A model generated the notes under the pieces. The model was not told where the DNA came from, did no database searches, and saw only the letters and a list, made by a program, of their open reading frames with translations. The translations under genes were made by a program, and so were the position numbers. A DNA stretch of 64,000 bases from Epiperipatus broadwayi (lineage: Eukaryota; Animalia; Onychophora): the NCBI GenBank assembly GCA_028023455.1, contig JAQFVV010000008.1:186001-250000 (forward strand). The letters are read 5' to 3'. Below, piece after piece: positions 12,560 through 26,260 of the stretch (position 1 is its first letter; every line of letters starts with the position of its first letter).

Positions 12560-12850
12560 GACGAAATAAACTGGTCATTGGCTAAATTGTAATATCACAT
12601 GGGGTAAAGAAGTTTTTGAAAACATGAGACCAATTAATTATTTTTGAGTATATTGGTTTTCATATATTAGAATGAATCACCTTTGAAAAATTATACCCTG
12701 TAATTCTTCAAAAAGTGTCCTCTGCCCATTATGCTATCAAATGAAAAAAATAGCAAGTACACATGTTTTCTCATGCAAGAAACTTTCTTTTTAATTAAAC
12801 ATAACAAATTAATTAAATAGTAAGTAATCAAAACGTAGCAAAAATAAATA
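12560..12850 (+). mobile_element. Decayed L1/Tx1-like 3' fragment
   Basis: One frame reads CPLCYQMKKIASTHVFSC, resembling the LINE C-terminal zinc knuckle. Confidence 0.4.
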
Positions 12851-13870
12851 AATAAAAGTTTATTAAAATGTTTACAATGATTTTATGGATAATTTCAAAA
12901 TGTATAATTGAAAGAAAAATATTCATCATAAATAAAATAGATAAAAAGTATTTAATATTATTCAATTTACATTTTTTATCATTATCTTTTGATTTTGATC
13001 TCAATAAATATTTGGATAATTTGGCTATTTTTTAATAATTTTTTTTTGTATCCTTGAACTTTTGAATTTAACAAAATGAAAAAAAATAGTAAAGTATCAG
13101 TAAGGAAATTGGGATATTATTGCAGTATTTTATGATTTAAGTATTTTGAATATTTATCCATCTCTAATATTTATTAAGAAACTTTTTAATTACTATTTTA
13201 TCTATGATTATTGAGATATAAAAAGAAAGATAAAAATAGATATATTATATCATTTTAATGCAATAGGAATTGAAGTTGAACTGATCTGAATATATACTGA
13301 GTCATCATACAGTGGATTACAGAAATGTTTAGCTAAGAAACAATATTTAAACTACCTAAACTCAAAATGTAAAAGTAAGTTGAAATGAGCTATTGGATTA
13401 TGATAGAAATAGATAACTTTATACATGTATGTTTTTCTTTGTAATGATAACAATATTAAGATTAGAAAAATAAATAGAATGAAATAGTGGAAATGAAAGC
13501 AAATAATTAAAACCAAAAAGAATGATAGATTTGATCATAGATATAATTATATCCAGATTTTGTGCATTAATACTAAAGGAATATTGTTTAAATCTGAATA
13601 GAGCTTGAGGATTTTTTCAAGTAGCTGAAGATTTCTCTAGTAAACCAACATCCTACTTTTATTGGTCAGTAATATTTAACCAGCTATTCTTAACTTGAGT
13701 TTTAAATACCAGGATGGCCAATACTAATCAAATGATTGTCAGTGCAGTGATTATAAAAATATAATGGTCCTATGAGGTAACCTCCATCAATAATAAGGAA
13801 CATGTCATGCATTTAATTGCTACCTATGATTTATCTTTATTTTTTAATAATGAAAGTAATTTAATTAGAA

Positions 13871-14715
13871 TGGATTTACATCCTAGGCACATGTGCTCTA
13901 ATGTTATTATAATAGCTGAACAATATCTTGTTGGGTACTGAGGATACTCTTAAACCAAAAGCACAAGATAGAGAGATTTTTGAAAAGATAAGGATGGCCT
14001 CTTATCTTTTGTACCTAAATTTAGTTATATAGGCCAGACTAAAGCATCATAGTTTGAAAGTGTGAAGATGTTTCTTTATTCGTTTTACATCCATTAATTT
14101 CTTTTTATATGTTAACATTCATGAAATTTTTCAATTTGCTATGTGTTAATATTATGCATTATTAGAAACCATGTAATGTTCAATTTTATTTACTAGTGCA
14201 AAGATTTATGTAATTTAAACATAAGGGAATTATACCCTAAACATGTTTGAGAGTATCCTCAGCACTCAACAAGACATCATTGAGCTTTTATAACACCATT
14301 ATGGTGCATGTGCTTAGAATGTAAATCTCTTCTGTTTAAATTACATATAATCTCTGCACTAGTAAATAAAATTGAATATTGCATAGTTTTTAATAATTCG
14401 TAATATTAACATGTAGTAAATTGAAAAATTTTGTGAATGCTAATATAGAAAGAAATTTAAAGTGAATAAAGAAACATCTTCACACTCTCTAACTAAGATG
14501 CTTTAGATTGTCCTATATAACTAAATTTAACTACAAAAGATAAGAGGCCTTTCTTATCTTTTCAAAAGTATCATGTACTTTAGTTTGAGAGTATTCTCCT
14601 TACTTAACATGACATTGTTGAACTATTGTAACAATGTTACAGTGAATGTGCTTACAATGTAAATTTCTTCTGTTTAAATTACATATGACTCTGCACTAAA
14701 TAAAATTGAATATTA
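13871..14715. repeat. 338-bp unit repeat: one inverted monomer followed by ~1.4 direct tandem units
   Basis: GTTTGAGAGTAT recurs at 14245 and 14583. The reverse complement of 13871-14222 is a circularly permuted copy of the same unit. Confidence 0.9.
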
Positions 14716-15109
14716 GTAAAAGTGTAAAAATCAAATGGAATAATATCAAACAGCAGAAAATAGTGTAATTTAAGAATAGTCTGGTCATGATCTTGCAGTT
14801 TATTGCAAAATTTGATAAGTAGGTAAGATGCTCCAAAATTCTCCAATAATGGATATTATTTCAAATAATAAGAAAATATTGCTTTACTTACCACAATGTA
14901 AAATCATTCAGTAAGTCTTTCTGAATAATGTTGCACTAAAATAATTAATATTATTTTATTCAGAATTTTTTAGTGAAAATTAAACTGCATTTTACTTCTT
15001 TTCTTCAATAATCTTTTATTAGAAAAGTTTTTTGTTTTTAATTTTAAAATTTTTGTAACTTTTGTTATTTTCATTGTTTTTTTTATCTCCACTCCCCGCA
15101 AATGTGTTC

Positions 15110-16480
15110 CATTACGTGTTGCTTGTCAGGTGTGAAAGAAAATGAGGAAAAGATTATCATTGGCTCTGAGGATTTATAATCTCAATGACCAAAGCAATGA
15201 GGCAAATGAAACAAACATCCATAACATTTATCAGTAGATATAGAAAATGGTAGTAGCAATCTCTGCAGTGTTTATTTTCCAGAGGAGTGGTCTCAAAAGG
15301 TCCATGTGAGAAGTGTGTCTAATTTTCAAATCTTTCAGAACAAGTTGGTATGAGTATCAATTTGAATATTGTAGAAGAAAATAAAGCATAAATGAAATGT
15401 GATGCAACTTTTACAAACAATCTCATACTAACTTGAATGTCAACCATTAAATCAAAATTCACATACCCAGTTGAGAAATTATGGTTAGATCAATAAGTTA
15501 TTTAATGAAAGAGAACAATTTCAACTATTATATCACAGAATGTCTAGGGGAACTTAATATATCAGAATTTTACAACATCTGTTCAATTATAACTTACTCC
15601 AAAAGGAAATTAAAAGATGGAAATGTGTATCTATGAGCTCTGAAAAGTTAAATGATTGTGAGCTAGTAATCTGAAGTATAAAACTGATGATGTAGGATTT
15701 TTGTAGATAACATCAACCCATTAGTGTAAAAATGATGACACATGGATTCAAAGGAAACTTAATATCACATTTGTCCAAACATAAATTCCTACATTAAATA
15801 TCACTGATAATAAGATTAAACAGCTCAAATGATTTTTAAATAGCCTTTAGAATATTATACAATGATTTGTAACAATTGTTTTCAGCAAAAAGATTGGGGA
15901 CATTAAGATGGAAAGAAAAATATATGATAGGTCTGATAATAATAAATAGAATATGATAACATGAGTACTTTGTTGTCACACTTTTCAAGATGAAGAAGAC
16001 ATACATTTGCAACATAGTTTCATAATTGTAAATATTAAGTTGAAGCTTAAAAAATTAAATTAAACTCATTTTTGGAAATGAAATAATCTGACCAAGTAAA
16101 TCGTCTCTCAGATAATGCTTAAGAAAAAAAAAGAGCCAAAGAAAAATAACTAGATTCAAGAGTTGGAAATAAAGCTTTGGAAGAAGTTGTTATTGTAGTT
16201 ATATCAGAAGAAAAAAATGATTGAAATTAATAAATGAAAAGCAAATAAAAAAGAGATGATATCTTAAAAAATTATAGAACAGCAGTTATAAATAAAATTA
16301 ATATGAAATAAATACCTTGGTAAAATAAACAAAAATGGTACAATATTTAATATTAGAGTCAAAAATATCATTGTGAGTATAAATCAAAAAAAGTATACAA
16401 AATGATTTTAAAAAATCTTAACAGAAAATATTAGCAAAGATAAACTTGATTTTTTAGTTAGCAACAGTGAATTTAAAAAT
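15110..16480 (+). mobile_element. Highly decayed RTE-like endonuclease region
   Basis: Fragment CHTFQDEEDIHLQHSFIIVNIKLKLKKL (~15970-16060) resembles the SDH..KIKLKLKK end of the RTE endonuclease; many stops. Confidence 0.5.
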
Positions 16481-16505
16481 AACAGCTCCATTATTATTAC
16501 TATTA

Positions 16506-16726
16506 TTGAAGCTTGTCCATTAAAGTTTGAAGATATCTTAATATAAACTGAAAACTAATTGTATATATGTATGGGAGATGATCTGGACCAACTGATGAGT
16601 GCTGGTTCGACATGAAATACGTATATTGAAGATCATTTATCTTTTTCACATGTATGTGGTTATGTATATTGATTTATAAGATGGAGCGGATAGTTGTAGG
16701 GAGCTTGAAAGTTTGTGTTCAAGTCC
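16506..16726 (+). repeat. Solo partial family-X unit
   Basis: Colinear with 26715-26960; ends just after the B-box-like GTTCAAGTCC. Confidence 0.85.
16580..16634 (+). ncRNA. Type I hammerhead ribozyme, family X (complete core, weakened stems)
   Basis: GATC TGG ACCAA CTGATGA GTGCTG GTT CGACAT GAAA T ACGT A TA TTGAA GATC. Confidence 0.8.
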
Positions 16727-16949
16727 ATTCTAATTATATTATGAATTATGTAAAGTAATCTTTACTGCATTCATATTGGAAAAATTAGTAAAAGAGATTA
16801 TTGAGATTGTACAACTGTTTTATAATAAATATTTTGTTAAATGAAGTTAAAAGATCAGAAAATAAATTGAGCAATAGAATTTCTGCTTTAGAAATTATAG
16901 AATAGCTGGGGAATAATTAGAAATTTAGAGGATATGTATTATTAAGATA

Positions 16950-18930
16950 GAAAAAAAGGGTACTGATTTAGTATGCACTCATGGCCATTTTGAATTATAA
17001 GAACCGTCTAAAACACAGACTGACCTATCCAAGTGATAAATGACATCGATCAATCCATATGTTGTCACGATCTGACCATTCGTTACAAAGTCTTAATGAA
17101 CATGATAAATAATATATCGAAAGGCTGGATTTAGAAAAAATTATCACTCCGCTATATCTTTTATTAACTTTCAGAATATCTTTGGCAGCATTGAAAAAAA
17201 AAGATAATAAATGCAGCACTTAATTCATATGGAGTAGATAGTAAACTAATTAATTATTAAAAAAAATATCTACAATAATTCAAAAAATAGGGAAATTTTT
17301 AATTAGTTTGAAATAGGAAAAGGCACAAAATATGATCCAATCTCACTAAGCATATTCACAACACTTGGAAAAAGCAATCGATAAAATCAAAGAAAAATGC
17401 AACAAAAAATATAGTCCAATCATAATTGAATTAGACATTAAATCCACATTTGACAAAATTCTAATTGATATACTAATTAGTCTAATTGCCAACACTATTA
17501 TTCCAAATCTTTGATCTTTGTCCTCACAAATCTTTTAATAAATGGGGAAATATATGTAACCCTGAGTGGCAAAATCTCACCTCCAATAATATCTCATAAC
17601 TCGATTCCTCAAGGATCCCCTCTACATGCACTTTCATTCACTATTTATATTAACCCATTAATTAAACAGGAAGAAAAAGAACTACAAATATATATGGTTA
17701 GCTTTAAGATCAATATTTCATTATAACTTTTATGGATAATATCTCAGTATTTTTATAATCCAAAAAACAAGTACTGTAGATACTTTTGAAATGGACACTG
17801 GAACCTGCTTTAATTAAAGATCATTTTAAAGGAACACTTAATCCTTGTATGGGTTTTCTTTTTTTTCTAAACAATACCACAATATGAATCATAATCCAAG
17901 AAAAACTTATAAAGAAAATAGGAAACATTGTTAAATCACTTGAGTAATCATACCTTGTGCTTTATGCAAAATCATTCCTGTATAGTGTACTAGCAATGTC
18001 AAGAATTGCATATTACATACCCATAATTTTTATTAGTCACAGTTATTCATGCAGGAAACTCATGTGGTGTAAATGTACAGCAGGCCTCTCAATTAAACAT
18101 TTACAGAATGTACTTGCTCACAATAGATTAGGATTACATAATATATACACATTCAGAATACAAAAAACACTTGACATAATCTCATTGTGTGCTAAGATCT
18201 TTTAGAGTCTAGATATCACCTGTAAAATTATACCTAGTGACTGACCATCTTTCAAAACTAAAATATTGGGAACAACTTTTAAAATCTATAATCTATTCCC
18301 AAACCTTCACTTTTGCCCCTCCCCCAAATAATTATAAATACTGGGAAATGCATTCATTTCTCTAACCCCCCCTTACGAAGTGAAACCTATATTAAACAAC
18401 ACCAACAATGTAGAATCCCTGCTTACACTACATTGCTACAGATTTAAAAGTGAACACATAAATACTGAGGCTCAGTTTACTCTTTGTCTCAAAGAAATTG
18501 AAACACAATCACACTGTTTTTTTTTAATGCTCAGGTCTTGACAAACTCAGAATGATAATCTCAGTGATATTCAACAATAAAAAAACAAAAATATAAATAG
18601 CCTTACAGAATCATTCACCAAGGGTTACTACTTCCACATTCATGACAGCATATTCATTCTTTTTCTTTAATGGTATGCCAGATGTACATTTGTATATAAT
18701 AATAATAATTCTAGAAGACATCCAAATACTTTTTCTACAAAAAATGGAAGCAATATACCCACAAATGCATGGTCCTTAATGCACATATGCTTGAGCATTC
18801 AGAAAGGATATAAATCATGAGAAATAATGCAGATTAATCACAAAATCAATTTCACTTACTTGTGTAAATTAATGTAAAACTTGTGAGCCACGTGATCATT
18901 ATTCAATGTAAAAAAATATTTCATTATATG
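16950..18930 (+). mobile_element. Decayed LINE, I/Jockey-group-like RT with C-terminal CCHC remnant
   Basis: YDPISLS (~17330), LDIKSTFDKI (~17430), NSIPQGSPLHALSFTIYIN (~17600) and VSHVIIIQCKKY (~18885). The clade assignment is tentative. Confidence 0.7.
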
Positions 18931-19209
18931 ATATGTATTTTTACATGTTCTCTGATTCATCTATATAATGTTAATCAAATACTATTACTTGATAGTGTTT
19001 TATTCAGTGGCACGTGGGCAAATCTACAAATGTAACTAAAGTTATATATATAATAAAATTATTTGAAAAATAAAACCAAAGAAAAATATTGTATTTACTA
19101 TTTATTCTTTTCCTATTGTTTTTTTTTTCATAATAAAGAATATATTATTTCTTAGACTTTTAAATTAACAATGCATTTTATTGTTAGTAACTGTTTCTCA
19201 GACTGCTTG

Positions 19210-20362
19210 CTAGTTGTAAGGTGAAACCATAACCATTAAAGGCATCGTTCATTTCAAAATTCCAGAAAGAAGTTTATTATCGAAGAAAAAAGTACAGCGG
19301 AACATTAGAGCACAGAATGAGAATAAATGAAATAAGATATACAGATGAAACAGTAATCTGATGAAGACAAATATGTAAACTATATTAAAAATTCTAAACA
19401 AAGAAAATAAAATAATGCAGATGATAGTGAAGACAGTGAGGAAACGTAAAAATAATATTAGAGATTAAACGAAGATGAAAAAAATTATTTTTAATGTATA
19501 TATCCAATACAAATATATTGGTACTTGCAAGAAAGGGCAGGGGGATGACCAAAAATAATGGAATTGAACTAAACATTACTGAAAATGTTCTCTGTTTTAT
19601 ATTCCCAATGACCTAGACTTCTAAAAGAAAAGAAAATTAAGTATTTCTAGAGTAAATATATATATATATACAAACCATGTGCAGGATTTGAAAAACAAAG
19701 ACATCAAATTAGATGTACTGAAAGCTTGCATATTTATTAATATATTACGTATTTATAAGCCATAAGTAATAAGGAAGGTTTAATAAGAAGTATAATTTGA
19801 AAGGACATATTACAAAAAGTTATTGAAAATTGTAATTTTCAATGAATAATTGTGTAAATAGTACTTCAGTAAAAATTTATTCAAGAATTTAAAGAGAAAT
19901 TACTACTATTTTGCCATTTATATTTAACAAATGATGATTGAAAACAAAGAACTCTCATTTTGCTACTATACAAAGTTTAAACTAAAAGGGAATATCCTAG
20001 AATATAGATAGATAATATTTAAAAATGGATGAGGTTATCTTGCATTCATTCAATGCTTTTTTAAGTAATTGAAAAAACTGAATACGGCATACAATTTTAG
20101 ATGTTGCTGAAGAGAAACAAGATTTTTGATATAATAAATTGTTCTAAGTTTCCAACTTTTAAACCATATTTACATTTTTGAAAACATTTATTTTGTAGTA
20201 CATGTAGGCAAGAAAGAAGTGGATATTTAAAATAGAATTGCAAATATTCTATGTTTAGTTGAAAAATATTTTTATTTTATTTTTGAAACTTTATAAAACA
20301 AAAAAACAATACATGCTTCTTCAGCAGACCCTCATTAAAAAAGCAGTGTCAAAAAGGATTAA
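19210..20362 (+). mobile_element. Possible piggyBac-like transposase remnant
   Basis: Acidic N-terminal-like stretch (DDSEDSEET), EYGIQF*ML (cf. KYGIK-type motif) and VGKK; ends in AAAAAGGATTAA. A matching left terminus was not found. Confidence 0.35.
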
Positions 20363-20459
20363 GTACTCATTTATTAACTAGCATTAGATGATTGACTGAA
20401 TTGGGTATGGGTAAGTTATTAGTAAGAAAAATCATAAACCTATTGAATATAATTTTAGG

Positions 20460-20525
20460 TTTACTCAGCCTGGATTTGAACCCAAATCATAGTCCTGGAA
20501 AAGGATATGCTATAATTGCTACATA
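20460..20525 (-). repeat. tRNA-derived SINE fragment
   Basis: B-box GGGTTCAAATCC on the minus strand with a tRNA-like upstream segment. Confidence 0.45.
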
Positions 20526-21464
20526 AAAGCTTCCACTATATATATAATGTTAAATAAATTATTAAGCATTGTAGTGTCTTTAAAGTCCTTATGTGGATTA
20601 CATTTTTATAGGATGTATCATGATATTAGTATTTTCAATGTATTAATTCTTTTTATTTAGAGTATTTTGCAATTGACGCAAATTATTGTTGATCTCTTAT
20701 GATCAAATTTATTATTAGTTTTAAAAGGTACAGTCCAGTTTGCTAGTTTCTTTTTATATATATTTTTTTAAAAGCAATATATATATATTTTTTTTTTTTC
20801 AAAAAAAAAAAAAAAGGGAGCAATGCCTTTTAGAATTAAACATTTTATGAATGAGATGCATAAAAAAAAAAGAGTATGTATAAACAGGTTAAGAAACTGA
20901 CTTTTTTCCCCTTAACTAATAACACAAATTTGATTCTAACAAATCAAGGACAAATAGTTGTAATTTTATTCTAATATTGTCGAATAAACTTTAAATTTTA
21001 AAAGTTATATGATTTATAATCAATAAGAAAAAGTGAATAATATCTTGATTTTAGTAGTATTTACTTTAATAATTCATTTTTCAATTTTTTTTTAATTAGG
21101 AGAACGAGATATTTAAATTAAATTTATGCAAATGACTCAGGTTAAGTTGTCTATCTGGAAGCTAGTTAAATAACTAAGCAATAAAATATTATAACCAAGT
21201 GATCATTATTTATATTAGTTGGCCGTTATTTGTCATACAATTTTTTCGAAGTGTCAAATTTAGTTACGTCACAAACTTTAAAGCTGTCTATATATCATCA
21301 GTCTTCATAGTATTTAAATAAGTTGTCTTAAATATTTATTGAGATTACTATTGGTTAGAAAATAATTTAATTATTTTGTTCCAGTTTAAAATCTGTAATA
21401 TTATGATGAAAGTACATTTGTATATATATAAATCATGAAATTAATACCATCATTTTCAACCTTT

Positions 21465-21980
21465 ATCGATTCACTGCAGCAAGAAAGTTTCTTTGAGTTT
21501 ATTGTAGTTTCTCCAATTTCTAGCCTATTTTTCCACCGCCCACTAGCAAACTTTCTTATTTCATTCATCCATCTCACATATAGTCTCTTTCTAGGACTTC
21601 TATAATCTCTTGGCATCTAATTTAAGATTTCAACTATCCAGCTGTTATCTTTTCTAGCAATATGTCTAACCCAACTCCACTTTGGTGCCTTAATTCTTTC
21701 TATGGACGCAGTAATACCTGCTTGTTTTCTCACGCATATATTTCATTTTTGTTTCCTTCTTGTTATTCCTAACATATATCTCTCCAAAATTGTTCAAGTC
21801 TTAGATCCATAAGTAAGAACTGATAAAACACATTTACTAAAAACCTTTTTCAAACACAGAGGCATATTTCTTTTAATATTAAGTTATTTTTACTAAAATT
21901 TAGCACTCCGTCCAAATTTTAATTCTGTGATTAATTTCACCCACCACCCCTCATCTATATCAATAATTTGACCCAGGTAA
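21465..21980 (-). mobile_element. 5'-truncated copy of the same RTE family as 2858-5814
   Basis: Colinear with 2880-3440 (for example TCTTAGATCCATAAGTAAGAACTG and CCAACTCCAC); more diverged; abuts the Tc1-like element. Confidence 0.9.
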
Positions 21981-21992
21981 GAAATTAATATA

Positions 21993-23600
21993 TAGATGTT
22001 TTACTTCAAATTTGGGTTTCTGCAAATCAAATTCAGGTTTTTATACATCAAATGCAGATTTTTGTAAATCAAATTCAAGTTTTTGCGAATCCAAATCAGT
22101 TTTTTTTTTTTTTTTAATTTTATTGATAAAAGCAATGAAACTATCTAGTCGACATTGAATTAAAAAATAAAAAAGTGGGAAAATCTCCTGCCAAATTAAT
22201 GATAAAATTATAAATATTAAAATGAAAAGAATGGTATGTTTGAGCAAGCAGAACAAAGTTAAAATTTAATCAAAAATGAGTGACACCATCTAGTGAATCA
22301 GATTTGCCCTTGGTTAGACAGTAATTTTGAAACAGTCGGCGAATCATAAGATCCAATTTATCACGACCATCAACATCTGTATCAAGTTCAACAAGAACCA
22401 GCCCATCATCAAAATCATTGTAGAGTACATTTTAGACCTTCATACAACTATATAAATGAAAATAAAAATTTAATGAAATACTACAGAGAAAGTAAATCAA
22501 TTGCTAAATTGGTCAAAATAATAGGAATCAATTAAAAAACTGCTTTCTCTATAATAACTCAATACAATAGCAATAGTGGAGTAGTTGTGGGGGGGGGGGA
22601 TGTGGTGGCAAAAGAAATTTTAAATCGACTGCATCGATATTACAAAAAAATGAACAACTGCTCAAAGAAAATTTGTATATAACATTAAAAAATGTTTGTA
22701 GCAAGATTATGGAATATTAACATTTCAACTTAAGCATACCTTCAATTAATAATGCATTAAAAAGTCTATGAATTACTTTTAAAAATGCAATAATAAATTG
22801 TGCTGAAACAATTTGGAAATGAAAGTTATATGCATTGTTTTTTATTCAAGAAGTCCCACAAGCATGTGAAAAAATAATATTTATTGATGAATTGGGTTTT
22901 AATTGTCACATTTGACAAAGAAAATGATCAAGGGTTCATTCCTTCCATTAGAGGATGTAATGTTTTTCTCATTGCAGCAATGGATATTCATGGAGTAACG
23001 TAAACAGATCATTGCAAACTCCTCTGTTGATGGCAATATTTTTTGTGGATTTCTTCAGAAACTATTTACTACATTAGAAGAAAATCACATCACAAGTGCT
23101 TGGTTAATTTCAGATAATGCTGCAATTCACATGAAACAAGAAGTGCACGATATTGTTGGTGAGACAAGCCATAAATTGGTTTTTCTTCCTCCTTACTCAC
23201 CAGTGTTAAAATCCATTTGAAAAAGTGTTTTTCAAAATAAAGTTCAGTGCAAAAGATTTGTTAACAGATCCTTCAAAATATAATTTAAATTTAGTGAATG
23301 TAATTGAAGCATCTGTTGGAACCATTACATCTGCCCATTGCAACAATTATTATCTAGATATGTCAATGAGTTTGCCATTAGCTGTTGCAAGACAGTCATG
23401 CATTAATCTTATTTTGATTTTATTTTTGTTAAAAATTGTATAATTGTTTCAGTGTTTTTATTAATAAAATTTATAAAAGAAAAAAAAAACTGATTTTGAT
23501 TTTCAAAAACCTGAATTTGATTTACAAAAATCTGAATTTGATTTGCAAAAACAAGTATTTGATTTATGAAAACCTGAATTTGAAGTAAAAAAAAAACCTA
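21993..23600 (+). mobile_element. IS630/Tc1-type DNA transposon with decayed DD34E transposase
   Basis: ~160 bp TIRs built from ~21 bp subrepeats (AAATCAAATTCAGGTTTTTGC-like) with TA flanks. FIDELGFN is followed by DNAAIH..LVFLPPYSPVL, with 34 residues from D to the reconstructed E; stops and frameshifts are present. Confidence 0.9.
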
Positions 23601-24091
23601 TATATAAATAGCATATATTTCATGTTCATGTGTTAGGTATACTTTATTGTTCTAAAAATATATAGCAGTATTTTTGGCTAGTTCACACCAGTATTGTAAG
23701 CACTGATGTACAGCAAGATAGAAAGTTTTACAATAGAAAACAGAAATAATAAAAATTAGAGACTATTTAGATAGTGGTTTTTAAAAAAATCTTCTAAATA
23801 GAAGATAATTTGCATGTATCATCATGTTAGTTTGCAATCTGGTCTTTTGAGGATCTCAGTGGTTTCTTTGATTTACATTGATGTAGAGAGTCATATCTGG
23901 ATAGGATTTTGGTATTAGAAAATCAGTATTATGATCCATATCCATAGAATGAAGTGAGAGTGCTGGGTAATGATGGGTGATGCTTAACTGCATTAATATT
24001 ATTATTAGTTATGTTCAAAAGAAAGGTTAGTTTTTGTATATCAATTCCTCATTTTTTTATCTCTTATTTTTACTACTCATAAATTTCAATA

Positions 24092-24404
24092 CAGGCAGTC
24101 CTCGACTTTCATACATTCTATTTTCATACAGTTTGCTATTTCATCCCATGGGCAATAGAAAAAGACAATGTGTTCTGGAACTTTTTGTCAAGAAAAGAAA
24201 AAGAATACATACAGTTCAACTATCTCTTGATAAATTTATAAAGAAAACACCAGATACTGTTCAATAATGTGTTATTTATGTTTATGCTAATACATCTTAT
24301 TAAAAAATAAATATTTTAAAAACACTTTTTGATGTTTTTTTATATTGTTCAACTTTCATACATATTTCAGGAACCAATTAGATATGAAAGTCAAGGACAA
24401 CCTG
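24092..24404. mobile_element. pogo/Tigger-like MITE
   Basis: TIRs CAGGCAGTCCTCGACTTTCAT / ATGAAAGTCAAGGACAACCTG with TA on both sides. Confidence 0.85.
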
Positions 24405-24409
24405 TATAT

Positions 24410-26260
24410 TCTTTATAATTCCTCTGTTTCTAAGTATATACTCAATCTAATTTCTCTTAACTTTATAAATTTTTCAATAAATAATCTTCTTTTATTTACT
24501 GTTTTCAAGATTGCCAACCTTTTTATTTCAACTTTTTCCATTCTTCCCCAAATCAATATTCCCACCTTTTTTTATTATTATCTAGATCAGTGGTCTTCAA
24601 CCCTTAGTCCATGGACCAGTGCCGGTCCACAGAAGTTTTCTGTCGTTCTGTGCTAGACTGGCAGGAAAATTTGTAATAACAAAATAATAAGATTTTAAAC
24701 TTTTAATTAATATAAACAATTTTTATTTATTTTTTCATCGCAATTGCTTAAATAAAATTAATTATAAATCAAAATTTTATTTAAATTATTAGATAATACT
24801 ATAATTACTAAATAATAACCAAAGGAATTTACCTGAAAATGCAATCTCATGATAATTGCACCACTGCTTATACCTCAATTTCTATACCTAGTAGGCATTT
24901 CTGTATTGCTTCACATATAGCAAAATTTTTTATTGTATTTGTATCATCTTTTTATTTTGTGTGTGACATTTCTTTTTGAAATTGTAAACTTCACAAAATG
25001 GAGATAGATCATTGATGATGATTTCCCTTCATTGAGAACGTAAATCTATTATCTTTTTTTTTTTTTTTTAGCAAAATAACATCTTTATAATGATTGTTTT
25101 ATTTCTATGTGACACTTTACCAAAACAACTTTTCGTTCTGTTTCTTTTTTTTAATTGGGTAAAAATGAGATTAAAATAACACCGGATTCAAAATTAGAAA
25201 ACAAAGTTTTTATTATACAAACTTCATATATATATAACTTCATCTTGTATATTTAACATTAAATACAGATATTACATTTATCATAATCATTGTCATGTAA
25301 TTATACTAGCTGTGATATTTCCCAACATTCAGGTGAATGACATTTATTTTTGCATGTTTTGACAATGAAATAATAAACATAGCAATGCAGGCACATTAAT
25401 GAGAACATGCTATTTGCTGTAGCAGTATGACTGCACAACTCGAGAGTGTTCAGCAGGTGAATGTAAGCAACAGCATTACAATATACAGTAACTAGTGTGC
25501 TGTTTTGGTCAGTTGTAACAATTATGCTCAACTAAGGCTAAGCAGTTTAAATCTTTAAGAAAATTTATCTGTAGACCTCTGCCGGTCCGTGAAATCTTAT
25601 CCTTATTTTTGCCGGTCCACAGGTGTGAAAAGGTTGAAGACCACTGATCTAGATCTCTGCTCCAAATAAAGCAATATTTCAAATACTATATTTAGCAATC
25701 TTTTTTTTTAATTACAACTTCAATGAGCTATCAGATAATGTTCTATCTTTAGTTTGTTCAGCCATTATAGTTTATACTTTGACTTAATTATCAATATTTC
25801 CATTGTTAAACAACTTTTCTAAGTACTTAAAAGCATTAAGCTCATCTAAAAAAAAAAATCTATTGCCACACATATTTTTTATTACCTCTCTTTATAATAA
25901 TTGCTCTGGATGTATTTGATCAATCCTAATTAACATTTTGTTAAATTCATTTTCTACATCTACAAGTATTGTGATGTCATCAGTAAATGTGATTAGAATG
26001 AAACTTTTTTCACAATGCATTTTCATCTTTCTTAAAATCATATTTAAATGAATATTCAACAAATTGAGAGATATGCAACATAATCCTTATATATAAAATC
26101 CCTATTTTGTTTGTTACCTGAATATATATGTATATGTGTTTGTAATGCTGTAGTGGAATGCTCTGAATTTTTTTTATTTAGAGGGTGCTCTAGTAAATAA
26201 TCTTATTACCTTGTCTGCTATCATAATGTTATCAAATTCACAATAAAGTATGGATTTTGT
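24410..26260 (-). mobile_element. Decayed RTE/BovB-like RT region, split by the hAT element
   Basis: Minus strand reads FTDDITILVDVENEF (~25950-25985) and NIALFGAEI*II across the hAT insertion site (cf. ALYGAETWT). Confidence 0.7.
24588..25646. mobile_element. Non-autonomous hAT (Charlie-type) DNA transposon
   Basis: Perfect 15 bp TIR CAGTGGTCTTCAACC; perfect 8 bp TSD ATCTAGAT at 24580-24587 and 25647-25654; subterminal GCCGGTCC motifs. Confidence 0.95.

Noticed and set aside
25951-25985. CTGATGA CATC..GATG TA GAAA on the minus strand
   Set aside because: It coincides with the FTDDITILVDVE RT motif of the decayed RTE; there are two extra bases before GAAA and no stems I/III.
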